A stretch of DNA of 64,000 nt from Spirochaetales bacterium (GCA_027021365.1 JALUUM010000009.1:537-64536), one strand, 5' to 3'. Shown: positions 1 to 10,552, counted from the first letter of the stretch. Notes: a model not told the origin generated them from the sequence alone. Program-made: numbers and translations.

Positions 1-13
1 TCAATACGTCCAT
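1..13 (-). CDS. 5' end of a gene running off the left edge (MDVL...)
   Basis: The minus strand reads GGAGG-TTTGAT-ATG GAC GTA TTG, a ribosome-binding site plus ATG. A TTGACA lies upstream at 56-61. The product cannot be determined. Confidence 0.55.
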
Positions 14-70
14 ATCAAACCTCCATGTTTATCAATATAATTACATTACTATTATTGTCAACAATTATTT

Positions 71-126
71 GTTGGATTGTGTGTTGGTTTGCCATGGATT
101 GCGTTGGATTGCGTGTTGGTTTGCCA
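71..126. repeat. 24-bp direct repeat, two copies
   Basis: gttggattgtgtgttggtttgcca (71-94) and gttggattgcgtgttggtttgcca (103-126), one mismatch. Confidence 0.9.
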
Positions 127-182
127 GGAGAAACCCGATCCCGACAATGATAAATCGCCAGTACGCACCAGTACGAAACAAA

Positions 183-2498
183 TCAGAATGTCATCTTCAC
201 ATAGAGTTTCGCAAGGATGTCTGGCAGGATACCAATACCTGGAAGTATTACGAACCTTCTCCGGGGAAACATCACCTCCATGTCCGAGACACTGTTTTCA
301 TCTGTGGTTATTCCGACCGTCTTTATCCCCTTCCCGCCGTTCTCCATATTTGCAACCCTCACATCGTACTGGGCATAACCATTTGAGTAATCGTAGAGTG
401 AATCTCTCGGCTTGCCATCGGTAATGAGTATTATCAATTTCTGCCGCGAATCCATGTTTTCCAGAATAAAACCTGCGTGTCGGAGTGCCGCTCCGATTCT
501 TGTGGCACTTCTTGGACGTGCAGAGAGCAGCCTTGCCATTACACGCTCTCCCCAGCTCTCACTGAAATCCTTGAATACAAAGAACTCACAGCCCAGCCTG
601 CCCCTACCGCTGAAACCGCAGACCGAAAAGGCATCGCCAAGTCGGTCGATTCCTGCAGCCAGGGTAAGGAGAGCCTCTTTTTCGATATCCAGGACCGTCC
701 TTCTGCCCCTTGGGATCTCCACCTCCTCCTCGGTTGAACTGCTTACATCCAGAAGGAACAGAACGGCAAGATCCCGTTTGTTCAGCAGGTTCCGTTGATA
801 AAAATCGACCCTTGGCGATGCCTCCACCCTCCTCCTGGTAATGAAATCGATGAGCCGGTCGTGATCTATCAATTCACCATCTTCCAGTAACTTTTCCCTG
901 GATGGCAAGAGTGGTTTCAAATGCTCGAAAATCCTTGCTGTTTCCCTTATCCTTTCGGAGAGACCCTTCGGAATTTCATCCTCTATTTTACAATCTTCCT
1001 CTGCGGGTCTGATCTCTGCAACCCTGCAGTAATCCTTCTCGTATCTCGAAAGATTCACATTCCATTCGTCGTAGTAATAGTAAGTTACAGGAACTCCACC
1101 TGCCTCTTCACTTTCACCGTCGATCTCTGCCTGTAACCGCTTTGTCTTCCCCCTATGCGAAACGGAAACGCTCGAACCAGAATGCCTCGGAGGAAATTTT
1201 ATCTGCAAATCGGCTTTTTCTTCCGCCTTTCCCGGGTTGAACCTGAATGTATAGAGGGGGAGAAAGGCAGGCGGAGTAATGATCCTGCTGTAAAGATCAT
1301 CTCCCAATAGATCAGAGAGGGCAGCAACTTCACTCTCCGAAATACCAGAGATTCTCTCTGCCAGTACGGGAGCATGCGGATTTCCCTCGGTCAATCGGGA
1401 GAGGTGTCTCTCTACAGGCTGTAATTCTCCTTTGAAAAACAGCCTGTAAAAGATACCTGACATGGCCTTTCCACCTTCACGGAGGAGAAGGCTCCCCGTC
1501 AGTTCTCCCGTTCCCGGATAGTGTTTCAGCATGAACTTTAGAAGCCTGTAGAGGTCTGCAATCACAAAGAGATTCAAGCGATAGATATCACTTCCAACAA
1601 GTTCGCCTGCCTCAGGGAAACCCCCTTCAACCCCATGGTATGCAGGGAATGCTTTAAGCTCCGCCGAGGCCGCAGCCACGACGATGAGCAGCTTGTACAG
1701 CGAAGAGTTTCTCTTCTTCTCTCCAAAAATATTCATTCGCCCGGGAAGATATATTTTCCGCCCGCTCAAAAAGAGCAGCCTGCCGCTATATCTCTCCCTC
1801 TCTGGGTGGTCTGCAAGAAGCATCTTAACCGAGGCAATTTCCGGTTCACTTCCACGGAGAATCCTGAACAGTCTGCGCAGGGAATCTTCGGTTTCTTCCA
1901 GCAGCACCTGAGTCGATATTTCCTCCATCCTTCGAAAGGCCATCTCGTTTTCAACTGCGAGCATTGAAACCGCCTTGTCCTTGCTTCTAAGGTAGAGTCT
2001 CGTAACTTCATCGACGTACCTGTCTATCTCTTCCGGTGACAGCCTCCGCCGCAGCCTTCCGTAGCCCCTTATCAGAGCCCCGACAAGGCGCTCATCCAAC
2101 CCGGCCATTTTCCTGATGTATCCTGTAAATCTCTCCACATATACAGGCTCATCGCCAAGCTCACCCCGCCCGAGGGCCAGGAAATACGCCTTACCAAGAT
2201 CCAGGTTGATACTTGCCACGCTGAAGCCCGTTTCCACGACATCACGAAAGAGCCCCGGTATTCTGAAAATCCAGTATGTGTCCCGGTTCAGTGCCAGGAG
2301 AAACCTGTATATTACATGGTCAAAATCTTTTCCGTCAGTTTCGAAAGTTGCCCTTCCTATTACATCCTCGAGCTCTTCACCAGACCCTCCCGGCAGACCC
2401 TCATCCCGTAGCTTCCTAAGTATGTCACCGAATATCTCCCTGTATCCCCATGCCACGTTCCTGAAACTGTTTTCAAAATTCTTTCCCGAACCCATCAC
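183..2498 (-). CDS. CbbO/NorD-family VWA-domain adaptor protein
   Basis: 771 aa. It has the YYYDEWN...Y..D segment typical of NorD/CbbO and a C-terminal VWA domain with MIDAS motif LLDVSSST, TRIGAALRHA and LITDGKP. It lies directly downstream of a CbbQ/NorQ ATPase. Confidence 0.85.
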   Translation of the reverse strand: MMGSGKNFENSFRNVAWGYREIFGDILRKLRDEGLPGGSGEELEDVIGRATFETDGKDFDHVIYRFLLALNRDTYWIFRIPGLFRDVVETGFSVASINLDLGKAYFLALGRGELGDEPVYVERFTGYIRKMAGLDERLVGALIRGYGRLRRRLSPEEIDRYVDEVTRLYLRSKDKAVSMLAVENEMAFRRMEEISTQVLLEETEDSLRRLFRILRGSEPEIASVKMLLADHPERERYSGRLLFLSGRKIYLPGRMNIFGEKKRNSSLYKLLIVVAAASAELKAFPAYHGVEGGFPEAGELVGSDIYRLNLFVIADLYRLLKFMLKHYPGTGELTGSLLLREGGKAMSGIFYRLFFKGELQPVERHLSRLTEGNPHAPVLAERISGISESEVAALSDLLGDDLYSRIITPPAFLPLYTFRFNPGKAEEKADLQIKFPPRHSGSSVSVSHRGKTKRLQAEIDGESEEAGGVPVTYYYYDEWNVNLSRYEKDYCRVAEIRPAEEDCKIEDEIPKGLSERIRETARIFEHLKPLLPSREKLLEDGELIDHDRLIDFITRRRVEASPRVDFYQRNLLNKRDLAVLFLLDVSSSTEEEVEIPRGRRTVLDIEKEALLTLAAGIDRLGDAFSVCGFSGRGRLGCEFFVFKDFSESWGERVMARLLSARPRSATRIGAALRHAGFILENMDSRQKLIILITDGKPRDSLYDYSNGYAQYDVRVANMENGGKGIKTVGITTDENSVSDMEVMFPRRRFVILPGIGILPDILAKLYVKMTF

Positions 2499-2511
2499 CT
2501 GCTCTTCAGAT

Positions 2512-3339
2512 TCAAAGATTTCCGAAGTAGAGTTTTACCGTATCTTCAAGAGACTCGACGATATCTTCGGCATCCGTGATGGAGTGTACGATTGCAAGCC
2601 TGCACGCATCGAGTGGTGAAAGCCCGCTGCGAATAAGCCTTCCCGCATAAACGAGAAGCCTCGTACTTACCCCTTCATCCAGCCCATAACCTTTCAGCTT
2701 TCTAAGGCGCAAGCCAAGCTCTGCAAGTTTTTCACTTAGCTCTCTGTCTATCCCCGTTTCACTCTCTATTATCCTTGCCTCTGTTTTTTCATCCGGATAC
2801 GAGAAAACAAGGTTGACAAATCTCTGCTTCGTGGACTGTTTGAGTTCCTTTACAACACTCTGATAACCAGGGTTGTAACTAAGAACCATCATGAAATTTT
2901 CATGGGCCTTCACCATCTCATCGGTTCTCTCTATGAAAAGCATCCTCCTGTCATCGGTGAGAGAGTGAATTACAACGGTCGTATCCTTCCTTGCCTCGAC
3001 AATCTCATCGAGGTAACATATTCCCCCGTACCGCACGGCGAGAGAGAGAGGACCATCCTGCCAGACAGTCTCGTTCTCTATAAAGAGGTAGCGTCCGGTG
3101 AGATCCGAAGCAGTGAGGTCTTCATGACACGAAACGGTTACAAGGGGAACCCCAAGTCTGAATGACATGTATTCAAGGAACCTTGTCTTGCCACAACCGG
3201 TCGGGCCTTTCAATATCACGGGAATATGGGATCTGAAAGCAGCCTCGAAGAGCCTTATCTCTTCTCCCTGAGAAATATAGTTGGGTTCCTCCCTGATTCT
3301 GAAAAGTTCTTCGAATTCTTTACTCTCCATACATGCCAC
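2512..3339 (-). CDS. CbbQ/NirQ/NorQ-family (MoxR-class) AAA+ ATPase
   Basis: Walker A GPTGCGKT, CHEDLTASDL, Walker B CYLDEIVEAR, SYNPGYQ, STKQRF and the C-terminal GVSTRLLVYA motif. Confidence 0.95.
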   Translation of the reverse strand: MACMESKEFEELFRIREEPNYISQGEEIRLFEAAFRSHIPVILKGPTGCGKTRFLEYMSFRLGVPLVTVSCHEDLTASDLTGRYLFIENETVWQDGPLSLAVRYGGICYLDEIVEARKDTTVVIHSLTDDRRMLFIERTDEMVKAHENFMMVLSYNPGYQSVVKELKQSTKQRFVNLVFSYPDEKTEARIIESETGIDRELSEKLAELGLRLRKLKGYGLDEGVSTRLLVYAGRLIRSGLSPLDACRLAIVHSITDAEDIVESLEDTVKLYFGNL

Positions 3340-3398
3340 TCCTCGATTTCTTTTCTTTCATTTCGAATGATAAACACTGAGTAAAAATAATAAAAGCC

Positions 3399-3444
3399 CT
3401 TAAAAAGCATTTAAAAAACATTGAAATTTCGACCTTCATATAAT
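3399..3444 (+). promoter_or_regulatory. Possible Pho-box-like 11-bp-period repeats plus -10 element upstream of phoU
   Basis: CTTAAAA (3399), TTTAAAA (3410) and TTGAAAT (3421) recur at 11-bp spacing, followed by TATAAT at 3439-3444. The region is AT-rich, so chance is possible. Confidence 0.35.
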
Positions 3445-3456
3445 AGTTTAATACCG

Positions 3457-4122
3457 ATGGTGGGAAAGGCCGAAGAAAAAATCGTTTTTCTAAAGAGTCG
3501 CATAAGGGAGATGTGTGACAAATCCATCGAGATGGTCTCTATTATAACCAATGCCATAAGGAATAACCTGAGGGGGAATCTCGACAGGATATACTCGCTG
3601 GAAAGGCTTACAAATCAACTTCAGCTCGACATAGACGAGGAGTGTATCGCCCTTATATCTGACAAGTTTCAGGACATGAAGAATCTGCGATTTGTCGTCT
3701 CGATAATGAAGACAACGGCAGAACTGGAAAGAATAGGTGACCAGGTCGTAAACCTCTATGACCATTTTTCACGTATCCAGCTTGCAGGCCTAAAGGACAA
3801 GAACGCGATAGACAATCTCGTTTCCATGGGTGAAGAAACGATAAGAATGATAGAGAGTGCAAACAGATCATTGCTCGAGGGGGAGGAGAAAGAAGCTGAA
3901 TGGGTCTTGAGCCATGATGACATCATCGATAACATGAAAAAACAGTTTTACATTTATTCCACCAGTATGATGATGGAGAAACCCGATCAGGTAAGGGGAT
4001 ATCTCGATATAATACTTATGGCGAGCAATTTCGAAAGAATCGGGGATCTTGCCACGAATATTGCGGAAAATGCAATATACTCTATTAGAGGAAAGGATAT
4101 AAGGCATAGCAGTAACTACTGA
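3457..4122 (+). CDS. phoU: Phosphate signalling complex protein PhoU
   Basis: Two PhoU repeats (ELERIGDQVVN, NFERIGDLATNIAE) and a GKDIRH C-terminus. Start taken at ATG 3457. Confidence 0.92.
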   Translation: MVGKAEEKIVFLKSRIREMCDKSIEMVSIITNAIRNNLRGNLDRIYSLERLTNQLQLDIDEECIALISDKFQDMKNLRFVVSIMKTTAELERIGDQVVNLYDHFSRIQLAGLKDKNAIDNLVSMGEETIRMIESANRSLLEGEEKEAEWVLSHDDIIDNMKKQFYIYSTSMMMEKPDQVRGYLDIILMASNFERIGDLATNIAENAIYSIRGKDIRHSSNY

Positions 4123-4799
4123 TGAAAAGAATACTTTTAATAGACGATGAACCTGACCTTCACAACATTCTCAGATATAACCTCAGGGAATCCGGTTTTC
4201 AGATGGATTCTGCATACTCGGCCAGAGAGGCACTCGGAATGGAGCTATCCCTCTATAACCTCATTCTCCTGGATATAATGATGGATGACCTGGACGGAAT
4301 AGAATTCTTGAAGATACTAAAACGTGACCCCCTCTACATGAACATACCTGTGGTACTACTTACGGCAAAGACCGAAGAGACAGACAAGGTGCTAGGCCTT
4401 GAAATCGGGGCAGACGATTACGTAACGAAGCCCTTCTCTCCAAGAGAACTCGTGGCAAGGATAAAGGCGGTGCTTCGGCGTTATGAGAACTCCGCTTCGG
4501 GAACTCAGAAAGCTCGAAAGAAAAGCAGCATGGTTCTCGATGAGGAGACGAAATCCATAAATATAGACGGACAAGGAATTTCCCTTACCAAGAAGGAATA
4601 CCTATTTCTAAAGATGCTTATGAACTCTCCTGAAAGGGTTTTTTCAAGGGAAGAAATATTACAAAACCTCTGGGAGGAGTATGATAACAAGGAACCACGT
4701 ATAGTCGATGCCCTCGTTAAGAGGGTGAGGAAAAAACTCGACAGGTACAGGTTTCATATAAAAACTCATTCTGGATTCGGTTACAGTTTCAGAGAATAA
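4122..4799 (+). CDS. phoB: OmpR/PhoB-family response regulator
   Basis: Receiver domain (IDDE, LLDIMM, GADDYVTKPFS) plus winged-helix output domain. It lies between phoU and a histidine kinase. Confidence 0.8.
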   Translation: MKRILLIDDEPDLHNILRYNLRESGFQMDSAYSAREALGMELSLYNLILLDIMMDDLDGIEFLKILKRDPLYMNIPVVLLTAKTEETDKVLGLEIGADDYVTKPFSPRELVARIKAVLRRYENSASGTQKARKKSSMVLDEETKSINIDGQGISLTKKEYLFLKMLMNSPERVFSREEILQNLWEEYDNKEPRIVDALVKRVRKKLDRYRFHIKTHSGFGYSFRE

Positions 4800-5821
4800 T
4801 GACGGGACTAATCGGAAGTATCACCTCTCTCACCGCGTTGAACCTATTTCAGCTGGGTCTTCTTACCTTCGATAGAAAGGGCAGGGTAAAATACAGAAAC
4901 AGACCCTTTCGCAGTATGACACGTGACAACCGGAGGCTTGAAATTGTGATCAGGCAGCACCTGGAAGAGATAAAACCCCTTTTCAAGAAGATAAACAATA
5001 TCCCCTTCAGATTCGATATGTACCCCTACAGTTACAGGGCTTTCTTCGTGACAATGCAACGCTTTGGAATCTATGCGGTACTGATAATAAACGACGGCAA
5101 GGTTGATTCCAGCTACAAGAGGGAAATAACGAGAAATATAAGCCACGAGCTCAAGACTCCCCTTACATCGATACGAGGGTACCTTGAAACCATCATTGGA
5201 AACCCGCTAATGAAGAGTGAAGACAGGAGGTACTTCCTTGAACGAGCACTCGTAAATGTGGAGAGACTGGAAGAGCTAATAAGAGACCTCTCCCTGCTCG
5301 AAATGGCATCCGATGCCGCAAAGTACCTGGAGAAGGAAAGAATAAACCTCTCTCAAACGATTTTCAACACGAAGAAGAACCTTGAATTCAGGGCAGAGAA
5401 GAATGGTGTCCATATGGAACTGAAGAATCTTCCCGATTCACTCTACATATCCGGCCACCCGAGGCTGCTCGAGGCTATCTTTATCAACCTCCTTGAAAAC
5501 GGAATAAAGTATTCACGTCCCGGCGACAGTGTTACGGTTGAATATGCGGGCATGGAATATGCAGGCAAGAACGGTCATTATCATAGGTTCTACATTTACG
5601 ATACCGGGCCCGGAATACCCAGGGAGTTTCAAGAGAAGATATTCGAACGATTCTACAGAATAGATTCCGGCCGTTCACGTAAAACCGGCGGAACAGGGCT
5701 GGGACTCTCCATTGTGAAACACGCCGTGGCCTTTCATGAGGGAAAGATAAGCATAGACAAAGACTACACTGCAGGTCTCAAGTATATCCTCGAACTACCT
5801 GCCGGGGATCTCCGGGGCTAG
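4799..5821 (+). CDS. phoR: PhoR-like sensor histidine kinase, apparently cytoplasmic
   Basis: H-box NISHELKTPLTSIRGY, N-box NLLENGIKY, DTGPGIP, FERFYR and GGTGLGLSIVKH. The N-terminus is PAS-like. Confidence 0.8.
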   Translation: MTGLIGSITSLTALNLFQLGLLTFDRKGRVKYRNRPFRSMTRDNRRLEIVIRQHLEEIKPLFKKINNIPFRFDMYPYSYRAFFVTMQRFGIYAVLIINDGKVDSSYKREITRNISHELKTPLTSIRGYLETIIGNPLMKSEDRRYFLERALVNVERLEELIRDLSLLEMASDAAKYLEKERINLSQTIFNTKKNLEFRAEKNGVHMELKNLPDSLYISGHPRLLEAIFINLLENGIKYSRPGDSVTVEYAGMEYAGKNGHYHRFYIYDTGPGIPREFQEKIFERFYRIDSGRSRKTGGTGLGLSIVKHAVAFHEGKISIDKDYTAGLKYILELPAGDLRG

Positions 5822-6748
5822 GAGAAACTTCTCTATATACATGGCCGTTTCCATGGGTTTTTCATACATGGGCATATGACCACACTTCTCAAGGATAAAA
5901 AGCCTCGAATTTTTTATACCTTTCAGGAAAACTTCTGCCCATTTTACATTCAATACCCTGTCGTTCTTACCCCAGAGTATAAGTGTCGGTACGTCAATGT
6001 ACTGTAAAATCGAATTCACATTATTCTTTCCTATAATGTTCTTTGTGATTTCAGCCTGGACCCACCTCCTTCTTCCCAGAGAAGTCTCTGCAACAGATTG
6101 AACGAGTTTTCCAGTGAGACGGCTCTTATCGTAGAAGACATTAAGCCTGAGCCCTGTTGCTATGAAGAACCTTGTATTCAAGACAGATATGATATCCACG
6201 AGAAAGCCCCAGCTGGAAAAGAGTAGCCATCCTCCCTCCTCTCCTTCAAGACCATCGGGAGCTATCAGGATAAGGCGTGAAATTTTATTCTGATATTTTT
6301 TTGTAAAATGGATTGCAAGCTGTCCACCCATGGAGTGCCCCATTAGAACGAACTTCTCTACCCGGAGCTCATTCGTAAAATCCTCCAGGAACCGGATAAA
6401 ACCATCGAGATCGTAATTGAAACTCTCATTTTCCCCTAAATCTTCCGTATAACCGGAGCCGGGAAGGTCCGGCACTATCACCCTTCTCTTCCTTGCAAGA
6501 AGAGTAATTATCCTCGAATAATCATAGGCGGAGCCCATCCAGCCATGGATAACCACAAGGGGTAATTCCCCGCTATCCGTATCAAATGGACCAAGGTCGT
6601 AGTAATGTACTTTAAAACCATCAACAACTATGAATTTCGAATAAGCGGTTGTAAGGGGAGGATCTTTCCTGTAAAGATCCGTTGCACAAGATGTCATTAG
6701 AGCAACAAGGGCGATAAGTGTTATTCCTCTGATATACTTTCCATTCAT
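5795..6748 (-). CDS. Alpha/beta-fold hydrolase, probable lipoprotein
   Basis: HGW oxyanion motif, PDLPGSG, nucleophile elbow GHSMGG, ILWGKND and GHMP. Lipobox LMTSC follows the probable start MNGK. Confidence 0.88.
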   Translation of the reverse strand: MNGKYIRGITLIALVALMTSCATDLYRKDPPLTTAYSKFIVVDGFKVHYYDLGPFDTDSGELPLVVIHGWMGSAYDYSRIITLLARKRRVIVPDLPGSGYTEDLGENESFNYDLDGFIRFLEDFTNELRVEKFVLMGHSMGGQLAIHFTKKYQNKISRLILIAPDGLEGEEGGWLLFSSWGFLVDIISVLNTRFFIATGLRLNVFYDKSRLTGKLVQSVAETSLGRRRWVQAEITKNIIGKNNVNSILQYIDVPTLILWGKNDRVLNVKWAEVFLKGIKNSRLFILEKCGHMPMYEKPMETAMYIEKFLLAPEIPGR

Positions 6749-6941
6749 TGTGAAACCTTTTTCGTAAATGATACATTTTCCTTCCCAGAGTTTCAAAGCG
6801 TTACGAAGCATTTCGGACTATTAATTATTTTAATCCTATTGATACTTTATTCAATCGAATATTTAAAAATAATCAATTATTTTTATTTTATTATTGACTT
6901 TTTTAATCTTTTACCTTAATTTCATGAAAGAGGTAATTGCA

Positions 6942-7376
6942 ATGAAAAGAGAAATGTTGAATGAATGTCCCGTATGTGGGGCTTCTCTTACGGTGAAGGA
7001 GCTTGAATGCCCAGGTTGCCACACCATCATAAGGGGGAGCTTCATCCCCTCACACTCAAGGTTATTCAAACTCTCATCGAAGGATCTTCAGTTCGTGGAA
7101 CTCTTTGTTAGACTGAGAGGCAACATAAGAGAAGTGGAAAAGGCGCTTGGGGTTTCTTATCCCACCGTCAGGGGAATGCTGGAAAAAATTATTTCCAAGA
7201 TGGGTTATCCGGTAAGGTCTGAACCCACAGAAAGCGAAAAACACGAGATAATAGAAAAACTCGAAAGGGGCCAAATAACGGCAAAGGAGGCCGCCCGGAT
7301 GCTCAAGGGGGAAACTGTGAACAAGAATCAATCTGTACATGTCAAAGACGAGGAGGAAGAAGATGAGTCTCAGTGA
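6942..7376 (+). CDS. DUF2089-family Zn-ribbon/HTH protein with C-terminal SHOCT-like helix
   Basis: CPVC...CPGC zinc ribbon, GNIREVEKALGVSYPTVR HTH and IIEKLERGQITAKEAARML. Confidence 0.88.
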   Translation: MKREMLNECPVCGASLTVKELECPGCHTIIRGSFIPSHSRLFKLSSKDLQFVELFVRLRGNIREVEKALGVSYPTVRGMLEKIISKMGYPVRSEPTESEKHEIIEKLERGQITAKEAARMLKGETVNKNQSVHVKDEEEEDESQ

Positions 7377-7755
7377 AGAGAAGATGAGGATACTCAAGCT
7401 GCTCGAAGAGAAAAAGATTTCGGCCGAGGAAGCTGCCGAACTGCTCGAGGCCCTGGAAGAAACGGAAGAGGTAGGAAGAGAGAGCAGAGAGCCCGAGGTT
7501 GCAGAGAGGGGAAGAGCCCTGAAGATAAAGGTAACGGACAAAGGTACCGGTAAGTTGCGTGTCAATGTGGCAATTCCACTTAGGCTGGCAAAATTTGCAA
7601 GGATGCTTGTTCCCTCATTCGAGAAGTACGATATCGATACCCACGGGATCGATATCGAAGGAATCCTCGAGGCAATAGATTCCGGCATCGTGGGCAAGAT
7701 ACTGGAAGTGGACGACGAGGCGAACAATCAGCACGTAGAGATCTGGATAGAATAG
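7363..7755 (+). CDS. SHOCT-like (YvlB N-terminal-like) domain protein, partner of DUF2089
   Basis: EEKMRILKLLEEKKISAEEAAELLEAL N-terminus and a GKILEVDD..VEIWIE C-terminus. It overlaps the stop of the DUF2089 gene. Confidence 0.8.
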   Translation: MSLSEEKMRILKLLEEKKISAEEAAELLEALEETEEVGRESREPEVAERGRALKIKVTDKGTGKLRVNVAIPLRLAKFARMLVPSFEKYDIDTHGIDIEGILEAIDSGIVGKILEVDDEANNQHVEIWIE

Positions 7756-7762
7756 ACCTTTC

Positions 7763-7981
7763 CTACCTGTTACGGAAATAATCGTGCTCTTCCTTGAGCT
7801 CGGCTATCAGGTCCTTCACCTTCCAGTCTACTGACTGTTCCGTTGTAACTGCAAAAATCAGCTCCCCGGGATCCGGGGAGTTCTGTTTTATCAGGCGCAT
7901 ATATCTGGCAGCCTCCTCGTTGGTAAGGCCGTGAAAAATAATTACCTTTGGTTCTTCCTTAATTCTACCCATCTTACTCAC
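7763..7981 (-). CDS. Small DUF3783-like protein
   Basis: 72 aa with the FAVTTEQSVDWKVKDLIAELKEEH pattern. It overlaps the rsmG stop. Confidence 0.7.
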   Translation of the reverse strand: MSKMGRIKEEPKVIIFHGLTNEEAARYMRLIKQNSPDPGELIFAVTTEQSVDWKVKDLIAELKEEHDYFRNR

Positions 7982-8699
7982 TCTCCCATAAGAATTTTTT
8001 CTGCATCACCACAAGGTGCCTTTCTGCCTCGAGGAATGGGACTCTTACCTTATAGACCTCGATGTGCCTGAAAATACCCGTTAACATGGCAATCTCACTG
8101 GCAACCCTTGAAAGCCTTCCCTTGTATAGAATGATGCTTCCACTCCTATTCAGTAGCCGGATCATCCTTCCTATTAGCAATCTCATATCCGATGCCCTGC
8201 CTTCGGAGAATGCCCGGGTCGTTATGATATCGAATCCTGACTGCGGCCTTTCAAACCTTTTCAGGTCCTCCTCCACTACGGTCACGTTATTCAACCCCAG
8301 GCGAATGGATACGTTTTCAAGGAAAACGGCACGCCTTCCGGAACGTTCAAGCAGGGTAAACCTGACTTTTCCGTAAGCGGATTTCGTATTGCCAAAGGCT
8401 ATCGCAAGGGGAATACCGGGAAACCCGGCTCCCGAGCCGACGTCGAGAACATCAATCCCACCGCTACTGTCTTCCCCTGTTACGCTTGCCACCATGCTCA
8501 TGAAGAAGTTGAAACCGGAAAGTGAATCGAGGAGATGCCTAACAACGAGTTCTCTTCCGCCTGCCCCAACGAGGTTGAAGTGCCTGTTCCATTTTTCAAG
8601 CTCTTCGAGGTAAATTGTGAGCATCTCTGCCATGGAAGGGTCTGCTCTCAAACCCAGCTCGATCAAGCCGGATCTGATGGTTTCTCCGGTTGTCTTCAT
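7974..8699 (-). CDS. rsmG: 16S rRNA (guanine(527)-N7)-methyltransferase RsmG (GidB)
   Basis: [32 protein letters not shown] and ERHLV motifs. It follows mnmG. Confidence 0.95.
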   Translation of the reverse strand: MKTTGETIRSGLIELGLRADPSMAEMLTIYLEELEKWNRHFNLVGAGGRELVVRHLLDSLSGFNFFMSMVASVTGEDSSGGIDVLDVGSGAGFPGIPLAIAFGNTKSAYGKVRFTLLERSGRRAVFLENVSIRLGLNNVTVVEEDLKRFERPQSGFDIITTRAFSEGRASDMRLLIGRMIRLLNRSGSIILYKGRLSRVASEIAMLTGIFRHIEVYKVRVPFLEAERHLVVMQKKFLWESE

Positions 8700-10540
8700 G
8701 CGCCCCTCTTCAAGTGAACCAGGAGTACCGCTATATCGGAAGACCTAACACCCTGTATTCTCGATGCCTGCCCCAGTGATACGGGCCTTACACGCTTCAG
8801 CTTTTCTCTCGCTTCCTTAGAGAGGCCCACAGCAGAGTCGTAGTCGAAATTCTCGGGAATCCTCCTGTTTTCCATCCGAAGGAATCTATCCACCTGCTCC
8901 TGCTGCCTCTTGAGGTACCCCTCGTATTTCACGTCGAGCTCCACCCGCCTTAGGTACTCCTGCTTTTTGGCAGCAAGTTCCTCCTCCAGCAGGGCAAGGT
9001 CACTAATCTTGATATTCGGGTCCTTCAGAGCCTGCTCGAAGCTCTTTCCGAGATGTATGCCGATAGATACGAGTCGAGTGGTATCCCTCTCTGCTACCCT
9101 TCTCTTCTTAAGGAGTTCCCTTATCTCGCCAATGCTCTTCATCTTTTCAAGGAATTTCTCGTAGCTTTCCCTGCCATGGAGACCTGCCCTGTATCCCTTT
9201 TCAAAAAGCCTCTCATCCGCCGTATCATGCCTTAAGGCCAGCCTGTACTCGGCACGGGAGGTAAAGAGCCTGTAGGGCTCCTCGGTACCAAGGGTAACCA
9301 GGTCGTCTATCAGAACGCCGATGTATGCATCCACCCTGGAGAGAACGAGCGGCTCTCTTCCCTGCAGAAAGAGTCCGGCATTTATCCCGGCCATCAGCCC
9401 CTGAGCTGCCGCTTCCTCGTAACCCGAGGTCCCGTTTGTCTGGCCGGCAATGAAGAGGCCCTTTATCCTCTTCGTTTCCAGGCTGGGATAAAGCTGTGTC
9501 GGGTTTAAATAATCGTATTCAACCGCATATCCCGGTCGTGTTATCACTATCCTTTCGAAACCGGGAACGGTCTTTAAGAATTTCTCCTGCACGTCTTCTG
9601 GCAGGGATGAAGATATCCCGTTTAAGTACACCTCCTCCGTGCTTAAGCCCTCCGGTTCCACGAATATCTGATGCCTCTCCCTGTCGGGAAACCTTACCAC
9701 CTTGTCCTCTATCGAGGGACAGTAACGTGGCCCGACTCCCACAATCTTCCCGGAGTAAAGGGGAGATTTGTCCATGTTATCCCTTATGATCCTGTGCGTC
9801 TCGGGAGTCGTGAAGGTGATGTAACAGGAAACATTTGGCCTTTCCACCCTCTCGTTCGAAAATGAAAAGGGAAACACCTCCCTGTCTCCCGGTTGTTCCT
9901 CCATCTTTCCGAAGTCCAGGGAAGAACGCAGGGCGCGTGCAGGTGTACCCGTCTTTAGCCTTCCCACCTCGAAGCCCATCCTCCTCAAGCTCTTGCCAAG
10001 GCCTACCGCTGCAGGCTCCCCCAGCCTCCCCGAGGAGGTGCTATACTCCCCGATAAATATCTTTCCCTCCATGAATGTTCCCGTTGTAAGAACCACGACC
10101 CTTGAATGGAAACGTTTTCCCCTTTCGGTAATGACACCCCTAATCTCTCTTCCCGGGGTATCGAGAATGAAGTCGGTCACCGTATCCTGAAAGAGGTAGA
10201 GTGATTCTTGCCGCTCCAGCGTCCACTTGGCAAGCAGGGAATATGCCGCCTTGTCCGCCTGAGCACGGTAGGCCTGCACTGCGGGGCCCTTGCTCTTATT
10301 CAGGATTCGGAACTGTATCATGGTGGCATCTATCAATCTTGCCATTTCTCCCCCGAGTGCATCCACCTCCCTAACGAGGTTTCCCTTGGCAAGCCCGCCA
10401 ATCGCGGGGTTGCAGGACATCTTGCCAATGACATCGAGGTTCTGGGTTATAAAGAGCGTCTCGAAACCCATTCTTGAAAGGGCAAGAGCCGCCTCTATCC
10501 CGGCATGTCCGCCGCCTATTACTATTGCATCGAAATCCAT
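8696..10540 (-). CDS. mnmG: tRNA uridine-5-carboxymethylaminomethyl modification enzyme MnmG (GidA)
   Basis: [37 protein letters not shown] and [12 protein letters not shown] motifs. Confidence 0.98.
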   Translation of the reverse strand: MDFDAIVIGGGHAGIEAALALSRMGFETLFITQNLDVIGKMSCNPAIGGLAKGNLVREVDALGGEMARLIDATMIQFRILNKSKGPAVQAYRAQADKAAYSLLAKWTLERQESLYLFQDTVTDFILDTPGREIRGVITERGKRFHSRVVVLTTGTFMEGKIFIGEYSTSSGRLGEPAAVGLGKSLRRMGFEVGRLKTGTPARALRSSLDFGKMEEQPGDREVFPFSFSNERVERPNVSCYITFTTPETHRIIRDNMDKSPLYSGKIVGVGPRYCPSIEDKVVRFPDRERHQIFVEPEGLSTEEVYLNGISSSLPEDVQEKFLKTVPGFERIVITRPGYAVEYDYLNPTQLYPSLETKRIKGLFIAGQTNGTSGYEEAAAQGLMAGINAGLFLQGREPLVLSRVDAYIGVLIDDLVTLGTEEPYRLFTSRAEYRLALRHDTADERLFEKGYRAGLHGRESYEKFLEKMKSIGEIRELLKKRRVAERDTTRLVSIGIHLGKSFEQALKDPNIKISDLALLEEELAAKKQEYLRRVELDVKYEGYLKRQQEQVDRFLRMENRRIPENFDYDSAVGLSKEAREKLKRVRPVSLGQASRIQGVRSSDIAVLLVHLKRGA

Positions 10541-10552
10541 CTCTGTAAAACT

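Noticed and set aside
71-126. CRISPR or iteron array
   Set aside because: Two imperfect copies with an 8-bp spacer that is itself a partial copy; it fits a simple duplication.
183-3339. Evidence for carbon fixation or denitrification
   Set aside because: CbbQ/NorQ-family membership alone does not identify the client, and no cbb or nor genes are in the window.
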